From the NCBI GenBank assembly GCA_046594875.1, contig JBKJQX010000145.1, positions 7,849-71,848 on the forward strand: DNA of 64,000 nucleotides, given 5' to 3'. The DNA comes from Vicinamibacterales bacterium. GTDB taxonomy: Bacteria > Acidobacteriota > Vicinamibacteria > Vicinamibacterales > SCN-69-37. Under the pieces are notes generated by a model. That model was not told where the DNA came from, did no database searches, and saw only the letters and a program-made list of their open reading frames with translations. The position numbers were made by a program, and so were the translations under genes. Positions 1-7,642 of this stretch are shown piece by piece. Every line of letters begins with the position of its first letter. Positions within the stretch are counted from its first letter, which is position 1.

Positions 1-678
1 ACTCACCCCCTGAAACGGCCGGGAACCCGTGGCCGCCTCGTGCAGCAGGACGCCCAGCGAAAACAGATCGGAGCGCGCGTCCAGCGGCCGCCCTTCCACC
101 TGCTCGGGTGACATGTACGGCACCGTGCCCAGCACCAGGCCTTCGCTGGTGCGCATGATGGTGTCGGCATCGCTGCTGCCAGGGTCCGGCGCGTCAGTGG
201 ACTTCGCCAATCCGAAGTCGAGCACCTTGATGCGCCCATCGCTGGTGACCATGGTGTTGGCCGGCTTGAGATCGCGGTGGACAATGCCTTTGTCATGGGC
301 GGCGACAAGCGCGTCCGCCAAGGCCCACGCCAGGTCCAGGAGACGGGTGGCCGTCAGGCCTTCAGCGGGCAATGTTCGGTCCAGCGACGCGCCATCCACC
401 AGCTCCATCGTCAGGAAGTGCGTACCGGTGGCGGCGTCCTGTTCAACTGAATAGATGGTGACGATATGCGGATGGTTGAGCGTGGCCACCAGGCGGGCTT
501 CGCGGCGGAAACGGTCGATGCGGACGGGGTCGTTCGCGAGGCTGCGTGGCAGCACCTTCAATGCAACGTGGCGTCCAAGCTCCGTGTCGAGCGCGCGATA
601 GACTTCGCCCATTCCCCCGACACCAAGAGTCGCGATGATTTCGTGGTGGCCGAGGCGGCTTCCCGGGGCGAGCGACAT
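1..678 (-). CDS. Ser/Thr protein kinase, N-terminal catalytic domain (partial; gene runs off the left edge)
   Basis: Hand translation of the minus strand from ATG at 678-676: MSLAPGSRLGHHEIIATLGVGGMGEVYRALD...VALKVL...HRDLKPAN...DFGLAK...GTVPYMSPEQ. These are the glycine loop, VAIK-type Lys, HRD and DFG motifs. It is a paralog of the N-terminus of the 4877-7504 kinase. It is missing from the ORF track because it is edge-truncated. Confidence 0.85.
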   Translation of the reverse strand, partial: MSLAPGSRLGHHEIIATLGVGGMGEVYRALDTELGRHVALKVLPRSLANDPVRIDRFRREARLVATLNHPHIVTIYSVEQDAATGTHFLTMELVDGASLDRTLPAEGLTATRLLDLAWALADALVAAHDKGIVHRDLKPANTMVTSDGRIKVLDFGLAKSTDAPDPGSSDADTIMRTSEGLVLGTVPYMSPEQVEGRPLDARSDLFSLGVLLHEAATGSRPFQGVS

Positions 679-736
679 GCGAAATGGAGTGTAACACCCG
701 GTCGCAGGGCGGACACGGCCCTCGCGCGACCTGCGT

Positions 737-1230
737 TCAGATCTTGACCAGGCGCTCGGCGGCAGCGCGCAACGTGTCTTCCTTCTTTGCAAAGCAGAAT
801 CGCAGGACAGGGCCACCGGTGTCCCTGTAGAGGAACGCCGACACCGGGATCGACGCCACCCCGTGTTCAAGAATCAGGCGGTGCGTCACTTCCTTGTCGC
901 TGTCCTTTGAAATGGCCGAGTAGTCGAACAGTTGGAAATACGTGCCGGCGCACGGCAGAGGCCGGAATCGCGATTCACTCGTCAGTTGCAGAAACGCATC
1001 GCGCTTCTGCTGATAAAACCCAGACAGATTCCTGGCTCCGGGATCCTTGCGCGCGAACTCGGCAAACGCGATCTGGGACGGCGTGTGCATCGTGAAGGTC
1101 AGAAACTGATGCACCCGAGTGACTTCGGCGATGAGCGGCTGCGGGCCCACGCAGTAGCCGACCCTCCAGCCGGTGGTGTGAAAGGTCTTCCAGGTGATCT
1201 GCCCCAGCGTCTGATAGGGGCCGTTGTGTC
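737..1230 (-). pseudogene. Class I/II PLP aminotransferase, C-terminal third only (5'-truncated remnant)
   Basis: Track ORF 737-1150 extends in frame upstream to ...ITWKTFHTTGWRVGYCVGPQPLIAEV (aminotransferase SxSK/TGWR[IV]GY region). An in-frame TGA then follows at 1231-1233. The roughly 230 N-terminal residues expected for this family are absent. Confidence 0.6.
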
Positions 1231-1262
1231 AGGAAAAGACCCACATAATACGGACTATCAAC

Positions 1263-1289
1263 AAGAAGTGACCACCTTGGTCGGATCCC
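1263..1289. repeat. 27-bp direct repeat, copy 1 (aagaagtgaccaccttggtcggatccc)
   Basis: Identical 27-mer also at 3069-3095 in the same orientation, 1806 bp away. After one variable base, the next three bases (gag) also match. Confidence 0.9.
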
Positions 1290-1385
1290 TGAGGAGCATT
1301 CATGTCAGCATTCGAAACGATCAAAGCCGCCTAAGAAGCGTTCGGCCGCAACGACCCTTCCGTGTTGTTCGGAGCGATGGACCCA

Positions 1386-1613
1386 CTACGCGGGGCGTGA
1401 TGTCTCCGAACGACCCACTTCAGACGGACTATCGCCTGGTCCCGTGGACGCCGGCCGATCGTGAGCCTCGATCCCGATGAACACGCCGTGGGTATACGAC
1501 GGATCGAAGTCGTTCGTGTGCTGCGCGAGATCAAACCAGAGATCCCACGCCGCATCGAGCTCCTCGTCCGTCATGCCGGCGATATTGACGTCGTCATCAC
1601 TCAACATTTGCAC
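1386..1613 (-). CDS. Hypothetical small acidic protein (75 aa), downstream partner of the NTase-fold gene
   Basis: Track ORF. It starts 2 nt after the stop of 1616-2413. The N-terminal half is protein-like and acidic (MQMLSDDDVNIAGMTDEELDAAWDLWFDLAQHTNDFDPSYTHGVFIGIE). The C-terminal tail is low complexity, so the 3' end may be altered. Confidence 0.4.
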   Translation of the reverse strand: MQMLSDDDVNIAGMTDEELDAAWDLWFDLAQHTNDFDPSYTHGVFIGIEAHDRPASTGPGDSPSEVGRSETSRPA

Positions 1614-1615
1614 GA

Positions 1616-2413
1616 TCAGCGCTCCTCAACCGTGATGGGCAGCCACAATTGCGCCAAGTCGCAGACTCGAGCGTGTGCCTCCGGCAGTGGAGAAGTGGCC
1701 AGCGACGCCGCCCGAAACTCCGACAGGTACTGACGCGACGCGTGTTCGTATCGTTCAAGGCGTCGTCGATCCTCGCGCTGCCAGGCATCCACTTCTTCCG
1801 CCAACGCGAGCACGGCCGCACGGCGGTCGCCGTGACGCGCGGCGACGACGGCCGGCCGCGAGGACGCGTCGCCAGTCACGTGCACCAACTGCATCAGCCG
1901 GTCCACATCAACGGTCACTTCGAGCTCGCGCTCCGGTGGCAGTCGCGTCGCGAGTGCGCCAATGACCGGATAGTCCTTCGCACGCTGCGTGCGTTTCATC
2001 CGGACGAGCGAATCCAGATCGACGGCCACCAGTCCCGTTGATGCTCCGGACGGAGCAAACCACCGATCGATCGCGGACGGATCGACCCGCGGCGGGCGAC
2101 TGAAAAAATCACACCGCACGCGGCGACCCTGTTCGTCGGTGAACTCGAAATGACTCGACCATCCGCCCGCGAGCCAGCGTACGTCCAGCGGTGCGCCGGG
2201 CCGGTACGTCGCGCCACGCCGCGTCAGCTCATCCAGGACGTGCTCGCACGCCTGTGGCGTTTCGCGAATGACCCAGTCGCCGTCCTTGCTCATGATCGCG
2301 AGTCGATAGAACACCACCGCTTGCCCGGACGCAATCACCACCGCCGGTCCAGATCGGTTGAAGGCCTCAGTCAATTCGAAGTAGACGTTCCGCACCGGCT
2401 CCGAGTATAACAA
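1616..2413 (-). CDS. Nucleotidyltransferase-fold (Pol-beta/MNT-like) protein, family not identified
   Basis: Track ORF 1616-2557. The region ASGQAVVFYRLAIMSKDGDWVI fits the G[SG]-x(n)-DxD NTase signature. VRCDFF gives a third acidic strand. LVRMKRTQRAKDYPVIGAL resembles the K..R.KD helix of minimal NTases. The start is uncertain, and I chose TTG 2413 or GTG 2395 (GGAG just upstream). The 5' extension to 2557 is Arg/Ala-rich and looks non-coding. Confidence 0.5.
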   Translation of the reverse strand: MLYSEPVRNVYFELTEAFNRSGPAVVIASGQAVVFYRLAIMSKDGDWVIRETPQACEHVLDELTRRGATYRPGAPLDVRWLAGGWSSHFEFTDEQGRRVRCDFFSRPPRVDPSAIDRWFAPSGASTGLVAVDLDSLVRMKRTQRAKDYPVIGALATRLPPERELEVTVDVDRLMQLVHVTGDASSRPAVVAARHGDRRAAVLALAEEVDAWQREDRRRLERYEHASRQYLSEFRAASLATSPLPEAHARVCDLAQLWLPITVEER

Positions 2414-2789
2414 CCGCGCCGTAGGCCGTGCGGCCGGACCTTCCGCCGCGCCAACGCGTGAAGGTACGCGGCCTGCCGTTTCTGTGGCTGAAACCGCCAG
2501 AGTGCGTACCGGGTCGGATACCCGCCGACGATGATGATTTTGTCGCCGGAGCCCCACAGAACGAAGTGAAAATCGGCGAATTCGTCCACCGCAATCGCCG
2601 AGATTCTTCCGGTCTTCAAGTCAACGACGCCGGGCAGGAAGTACCAGAGTGGACTGACCAAGGAAATGCTATCTGACGCCAACCACGAGTCAGTGGCTCC
2701 CCAGCGCCTCGGCGGGCGTGACGCGGCTCGCCCGGCGCAGGGGCATCGCACCCTCAACCACGATCGCTATACTGTCAGCGCGCGTTTGT

Positions 2790-2930
2790 GTTTGTCATGT
2801 GGTCCCTCTCTGCGTCCAACATCGTGCCCATCAAGGAGATGATGACGTCGTTTCTGAGCGCGATGCAGCCCGACGATCGTGTGGCCATCGTGTACCCGAG
2901 GCGATCGGAGTTGAGCCAGGACTTCACCGT
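2790..2930 (+). pseudogene. VWA-domain gene fragment
   Basis: Track ORF 2788-3030 begins ...FVMWSLSASNIVPIKEMMTSFLSAMQPDDRVAIVYPRRSELSQDFT. This follows the D.S.S...K....FL..L.P.DRVA.V.F......Q.FT pattern of VWA/MIDAS domains (compare the intact VWA gene at 17302-18351). It has no N-terminus and no continuation. Confidence 0.35.
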
Positions 2931-3077
2931 GTCCGCGACACCGCGACATTCGAGAAGCCGCACAGTTATGCCGAAGGCGTCACCCTCGTCATCGTCAACG
3001 GGCAGGTCGCGTTCGAGGGCGGGAAGATGACCGACGCGCGGCCGGGCCGCGTGTTGTACGGCCCGGTGAAGAAGTGA
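2925..3077 (+). pseudogene. D-aminoacylase/amidohydrolase C-terminal fragment (about 50 aa)
   Basis: End of track ORF 2718-3077: VRDTATFEKPHSYAEGVTLVIVNGQVAFEGGKMTDARPGRVLYGPVKK. This is typical of the extreme C-terminus of N-acyl-D-amino-acid deacylase-type amidohydrolases. Nothing upstream resembles the catalytic barrel. The stop codon lies inside the 27-bp repeat. Confidence 0.5.
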
Positions 3078-3095
3078 CCACCTTGGTCGGATCCC
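3069..3095. repeat. 27-bp direct repeat, copy 2
   Basis: Identical to 1263-1289. Confidence 0.9.
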
Positions 3096-3357
3096 CGAGT
3101 CGTGCATTCAACGCGACCGCCTCACGCGCCAACGCGCGCACCACTGTCGGCTTCACGTGATTGCCCTCGCGCAGGTCGAGGGTGGCGAGCTCGTATTTGC
3201 CGCTCGGCTTCAGCCGGGGCTCAATCGCGCGCAGGTGTTTGCCTGGAAAAAAACTCATCAGGACGCGATGGTCTTCGGCGCGAATCACCAGATCCAGGCA
3301 ACCGGGTCCAGGCAACCGGCGCACCGCCGCCGAGTCGATGACCGCTATGATCGATTG

Positions 3358-4806
3358 ATGACAGGCTTTCGCCTCGAACATACCTACACGGAGTTGCCGG
3401 CGCTCTTCTGGTCCGATGTGACACCCACGCCCGTGCGCGATCCGCGGCTGGTGGTGTTCAACGCGCCTCTCGCGGCTGCCCTTGGCCTCGACACTGGGGC
3501 CTTGAACGGACCGGAGGTCGCTCGAATCGTCGCAGGGAACGTGCTGCCCGAAGGCGCGCGGCCAATCGCGCAAGCATACGCGGGTCACCAGTTCGGCCAC
3601 TTCAACGCACTTGGAGATGGCCGGGCGATTCTGCTCGGCGAGCAGATGACGCCGTCCGGCGGACGCATGGACGTGCAGCTCAAAGGCGCCGGGCCCACGC
3701 GCTTTTCTCGACGAGGCGACGGCCGTGCCGCACTCGGGCCCATGTTGCGGGAATACATCATCAGCGAGGCCATGCACTCGCTCGGTATTCCGACCACCCG
3801 GAGCCTGGCGGTCGTAACCACTGGCGAGCCGGTGTACCGCGACTCAGAGCTTGAAGGTGCGGTTCTCACCCGCGTCGCGGCCAGCCACATCAGGGTGGGC
3901 ACAATGCAGTGGGCCGCCGCGCACCATGACACAGCCGCGCTGGAGGCGCTGGCACATTACACGCGGGCACGTCACTATCCTGAACTCGCGGACGATGCCG
4001 ATCCACACATGGCACTGCTCGATGCCGTCATAGAACGTCAGGCGACGCTCATTGCGAAATGGCAGTTGGTCGGCTTCATCCATGGCGTGATGAACACCGA
4101 CAACATGGCGCTTTCTGGCGAGACCATTGACTACGGACCGTGCGCGTTCATGGACCGTTACGATCCTGCCACCGTGTTCAGCTCCATCGACCATGGGGGG
4201 CGATATGCCTACGGTAACCAGCCGTCCATCGCGCTGTGGAACCTGGCGCGGTTGGCCGAAGCGATGCTGCCGCTGTTTCATCCCGACCAGGAAAAGGCGG
4301 TGGCACGTGCGACCGAATCGCTCGACCGCTTCAACGCCATCTTTGCCCGGCACTGGCTGGACGGCATGCGGTCCAAGCTCGGCCTGTTCACCCAGGAGCC
4401 CGACGACCTATCGCTCGCTGACGATCTCCTCGCGTGGATGCAGCGCCACTCCGCCGACTTCACCAATACCTTTCGGGCGCTGACCACGTCGAGCCTGCTG
4501 ACACCTTCGGCCCAGCCGGATCCGGACCTGGTCGCGTGGCACCAGAGGCTGGACGCGCGTCGATCAAGACAGCCGCAGTCGAGCATCGAGGCTGGTGAAC
4601 TCATGCGGCAGCACAACCCCTCTGTCATCCCGCGCAATCATCTGGTGGAAGAGGCGCTCACCGCCGCGACGACCACCGGCGATTTGTCGGTGGTGGAGCG
4701 CCTGCTCGACGTGCTCGGGTCGCCGTTCGATTCGACTGACCGTCCCGCGAAGTTCACCGCGCCCGGCGACGCCGGAACGCCCTACCGCACGTTCTGCGGG
4801 ACGTAG
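3358..4806 (+). CDS. selO: Protein adenylyltransferase SelO (YdiU/UPF0061 family)
   Basis: Track ORF 3157-4806, with the start moved to ATG 3358 (MTGFRLEHTYTELPALF...). Family-typical stretches: AQAYAGHQFGHFNALGDGRAILLGE, QLKGAGPTRFSRRGDGRA, REYIISEAMHSLGIPTTR, GFIHGVMNTDNMALSGETIDYGPCAFMD. Confidence 0.9.
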   Translation: MTGFRLEHTYTELPALFWSDVTPTPVRDPRLVVFNAPLAAALGLDTGALNGPEVARIVAGNVLPEGARPIAQAYAGHQFGHFNALGDGRAILLGEQMTPSGGRMDVQLKGAGPTRFSRRGDGRAALGPMLREYIISEAMHSLGIPTTRSLAVVTTGEPVYRDSELEGAVLTRVAASHIRVGTMQWAAAHHDTAALEALAHYTRARHYPELADDADPHMALLDAVIERQATLIAKWQLVGFIHGVMNTDNMALSGETIDYGPCAFMDRYDPATVFSSIDHGGRYAYGNQPSIALWNLARLAEAMLPLFHPDQEKAVARATESLDRFNAIFARHWLDGMRSKLGLFTQEPDDLSLADDLLAWMQRHSADFTNTFRALTTSSLLTPSAQPDPDLVAWHQRLDARRSRQPQSSIEAGELMRQHNPSVIPRNHLVEEALTAATTTGDLSVVERLLDVLGSPFDSTDRPAKFTAPGDAGTPYRTFCGT

Positions 4807-4876
4807 AGGCCACTCGGACCGCAGCGCCACGAGTGGATCGCTTTCCGGCCGACCGCTGACATGAACATGCGGTGTC

Positions 4877-7504
4877 CTACTTTCGCAAGAGCCCGGCCCA
4901 GTTCGCGACAACACTGAGCGTGCCGCGCTCGGCCGCGCGATCGGGCGAAATCACCAGGAACTTCTGTCCATCCCTCGCAACGTCGTACCCATTCAAATCG
5001 CCACGCGCCACAAAAAGCAGCCTCGGCGCCCCGGATTCAATGGCGTCTCCATTCGTGCCGATCGACGCCGCCATGAGGTGGTCGGCGGCCGGGCCGGTGA
5101 CAAAGAACAGCTCCTTGCTGTCGCCGCGCCACCTCACATTGGTCCCGCCTTCGCGTGACACCTGGCGGCGCCCGCGACCATCGGGCCACGACTGGACATA
5201 GATCTCTGGACGGCCGGACTCGGTGGAGGCATACGCCAGCCACCGCCCGTCGGGTGAGATTCTTGGCGACGTTTCCCGCCCTTTGGTGGCAACCACCGGC
5301 ACGGGAAGACCACTGCGGTCGATGGGCGCAACCATGATGTCGTAGTTGGTTCCCGGGTGTGGCTCCAGGAACACGAGCGACTGGCCGTCGGGGGTAAATG
5401 AACCGGCCGCATGCGGGCCGAGTGCGGGTGCCACGACTTCGCGTTCCCCGCCCGTGCCGTCCGCGCTTCGGATATGCAGATTGGGAGGACCGCGCCGACC
5501 GGCGGCAAAAACAATAGACCTGCTGTCCGGCGACCAGACAGGCCCGTTCTCCGTACCTCGGTCGGTCGTCAGCGGCCGCGTCAGTTCCCGATCGAGTTCA
5601 GTCACGAAGATATCGCTGGTGCCCAACCGCCGGTCGCGTGCCGCCATGGCCAGGGCGCGCCCGTCTGGAGACAGGCGCACATCAACGTAGTCCTTGGGTG
5701 GTCCAATCATCGCCAACTGAAGGCCCTGCCGATCGAGCCACACGAGCCGCTCCTCAATTGGCCCTGCCTGATACACGAGCAGCCCCGGGGAAGTGGAGAA
5801 CGCCGCAAACCCCGTCGATTCGAAGGCATGGACGTCGTCGGCCATCGGCACCGGTTGTCCCTTTATCTGGGACGTCTTCAGATCGAACGGCTGCGCCACG
5901 AGCCCGCCTTCGAGCCAGAACACAAGGTGGCCCTCGGCAAATTCGGCCCGCCCGAACACTCCCGTTACCAACACGTCATCAGGCGAGTCGAGTGAACCCA
6001 CAAACAGTTTGCGGGTGTTGGATTCCAGGTCGTAGAGGTTGTGAAGGAAGTGCCGGCCGTCAGGCAGGAAGTGCACCCAGGTGAGTGGATTCTTCCCTTC
6101 CCTCACCATGACCGGCGTGCCGCCGCTGGCGGACACCTGCATGATCTTTCTTGTGCCCCAGTCAGAGAACAGAATGACGTCATTGGCGCTCCAGGTGCCA
6201 TTGATGCCTTGCGCGTCGGTGTCGCACAGTTTCACGGCCGGCCCACCGGAAAGCGATTTCCGCTTCAGGCCGCCGTCTGCGTAGAAACCGACCGAATGGC
6301 TGTCAGCCGACCAGAACGGCGAAGAGGCGTTCCCTGTATCGGCCAGCAGTTCCGGCTTGTCGCCATCCAGCCGCTTGATCCAGATGTCCGTGCTTCCGTT
6401 CACCGTGGCAACGAACGCAATACGCTGGCCGTCCGGTGATGCCGCAAAGTACGGCCGGACATCCGTGAAGGTGGTTATCGTGCCGAGGCCCACGGCGTTG
6501 AGGTCGAAGCGCGTGAGCGGCGAGTTGGCCGGACGCTGCCACGCGGCCCAGGCAAATCCGAGAATGGAGAACAGCATTACCGCAACAAACGCGGCGGCAA
6601 TTCCTCTCCGCCCGCTCTTCGGGACTGGCGCGACCGGCGGGAACGTCGTGCCGGAGGTCTGCGACGCGATGACAAGGGCGCGCCTGACGTCGCGCATGTG
6701 CTGCCAGCGCTCATCGGGATCTTTGACCAGCGTACCTGAAATCACTTCTCCGAACCCTGCCGGCAGATCCGGCCGAATCGTCGAGAGCGGCTCGGGCTCC
6801 GACCTCAGGATGGCGCCCATCACCGCCGGATGGCTGTCGCCGGCAAACGGCGTGCGGCCCGCCAGCATTTCGTACAGCACACAGCCGAATGCCCAGATAT
6901 CGGTTCGCGAGTCCACGGCCGTACCGTGAAGCTGCTCCGGCGACATGTACGGAACCGTGCCCATCACCGTGCCGACCTGGGTAAGTGCGATGCGCGTGGC
7001 CGTCTCTTCGGCGCTTGCGCTCGCCGGTTCCTCGAGGCGCGCCAGGCCGAAGTCGAGCAATCGCGCGCCGCTCTTCGTGAGCATGATGTTGCCGGGCTTC
7101 AAATCGCGATGGACGATGCCGTGAGCGTGGGCGCGGTCGAGCGCGTCGGCGATCTGCATGGCCACTTCCACAACCTGGGGCAGCGGCATCCGGCCTTTGT
7201 CCAGCCGCGCCGCCAGCGTCTCGCCTGCCACGTAGGGCATGACGATAAAGTCCACGCCGCCTTCGCGTCCGACATCATGAAGCGCGCAGATGTGCGGATG
7301 ATCGAACGAGGCCAGCACTTTCGCTTCCCGCTCGAAACGCGCGCGTGATTCGGGATCGGCTTGGCCGAGCGCGGCCAGCACCTTGATGGCCACGGTGCGG
7401 CCCAGGCGGGTGTCGCGCGCCTTGTAGACCTCTCCCATGCCGCCCGCACCAAGGGCGCCGAGAATCTCGTAGGGGCCGAGGCGCGATCCGGTCGTGAGGG
7501 ACAT
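4877..7504 (-). CDS. Ser/Thr protein kinase fused to a TolB-like/WD40-like beta-propeller region
   Basis: 875 aa. N-terminal kinase motifs: GAGGMGEVYKA, AIKVL, HRDLKPGN, DFGLAR, PYMSPEQ. A TM segment follows (IAAAFVAVMLFSILGFAWAAW). Then come repeated propeller-type blades (SPDG..IAF, WSPDS..IVF, SPDGRWLAY). Confidence 0.9.
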   Translation of the reverse strand: MSLTTGSRLGPYEILGALGAGGMGEVYKARDTRLGRTVAIKVLAALGQADPESRARFEREAKVLASFDHPHICALHDVGREGGVDFIVMPYVAGETLAARLDKGRMPLPQVVEVAMQIADALDRAHAHGIVHRDLKPGNIMLTKSGARLLDFGLARLEEPASASAEETATRIALTQVGTVMGTVPYMSPEQLHGTAVDSRTDIWAFGCVLYEMLAGRTPFAGDSHPAVMGAILRSEPEPLSTIRPDLPAGFGEVISGTLVKDPDERWQHMRDVRRALVIASQTSGTTFPPVAPVPKSGRRGIAAAFVAVMLFSILGFAWAAWQRPANSPLTRFDLNAVGLGTITTFTDVRPYFAASPDGQRIAFVATVNGSTDIWIKRLDGDKPELLADTGNASSPFWSADSHSVGFYADGGLKRKSLSGGPAVKLCDTDAQGINGTWSANDVILFSDWGTRKIMQVSASGGTPVMVREGKNPLTWVHFLPDGRHFLHNLYDLESNTRKLFVGSLDSPDDVLVTGVFGRAEFAEGHLVFWLEGGLVAQPFDLKTSQIKGQPVPMADDVHAFESTGFAAFSTSPGLLVYQAGPIEERLVWLDRQGLQLAMIGPPKDYVDVRLSPDGRALAMAARDRRLGTSDIFVTELDRELTRPLTTDRGTENGPVWSPDSRSIVFAAGRRGPPNLHIRSADGTGGEREVVAPALGPHAAGSFTPDGQSLVFLEPHPGTNYDIMVAPIDRSGLPVPVVATKGRETSPRISPDGRWLAYASTESGRPEIYVQSWPDGRGRRQVSREGGTNVRWRGDSKELFFVTGPAADHLMAASIGTNGDAIESGAPRLLFVARGDLNGYDVARDGQKFLVISPDRAAERGTLSVVANWAGLLRK

Positions 7505-7642
7505 TGGACTGGCTGATTATAGTGACATCGATCGCAGGTCCCACCGCAGCGATCGGCGCGACGGCGCAGTTAACAAGGATCTCACCGGCATGGTCGCCGT
7601 GTTTCTGGACTTGCGCGTGACGGAACAGTGACCATGCGTCCC

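Noticed and set aside
2371-2757. 128-aa minus-strand ORF overlapping the start of the NTase-fold gene
   Set aside because: Only the middle (about 2490-2700) looks protein-like. Both ends are Arg-rich and overlap other candidates. I treated it as another probable gene fragment within the mosaic region, not as a confident CDS.
3157-3357. In-frame 67-codon N-terminal extension of selO
   Set aside because: SelO/YdiU proteins start close to the conserved L.F.N.Y..LP segment, which follows ATG 3358. The extension lies in the fragment-rich region after the 27-bp repeat and is equally readable on the opposite strand.
4807-4876. Short hairpin (ccactcg-N13-cgagtgg) between convergent selO and the kinase gene as a terminator
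   Set aside because: It has only a 7-bp stem with a large loop and no U-tract, which is too weak to list as a feature.
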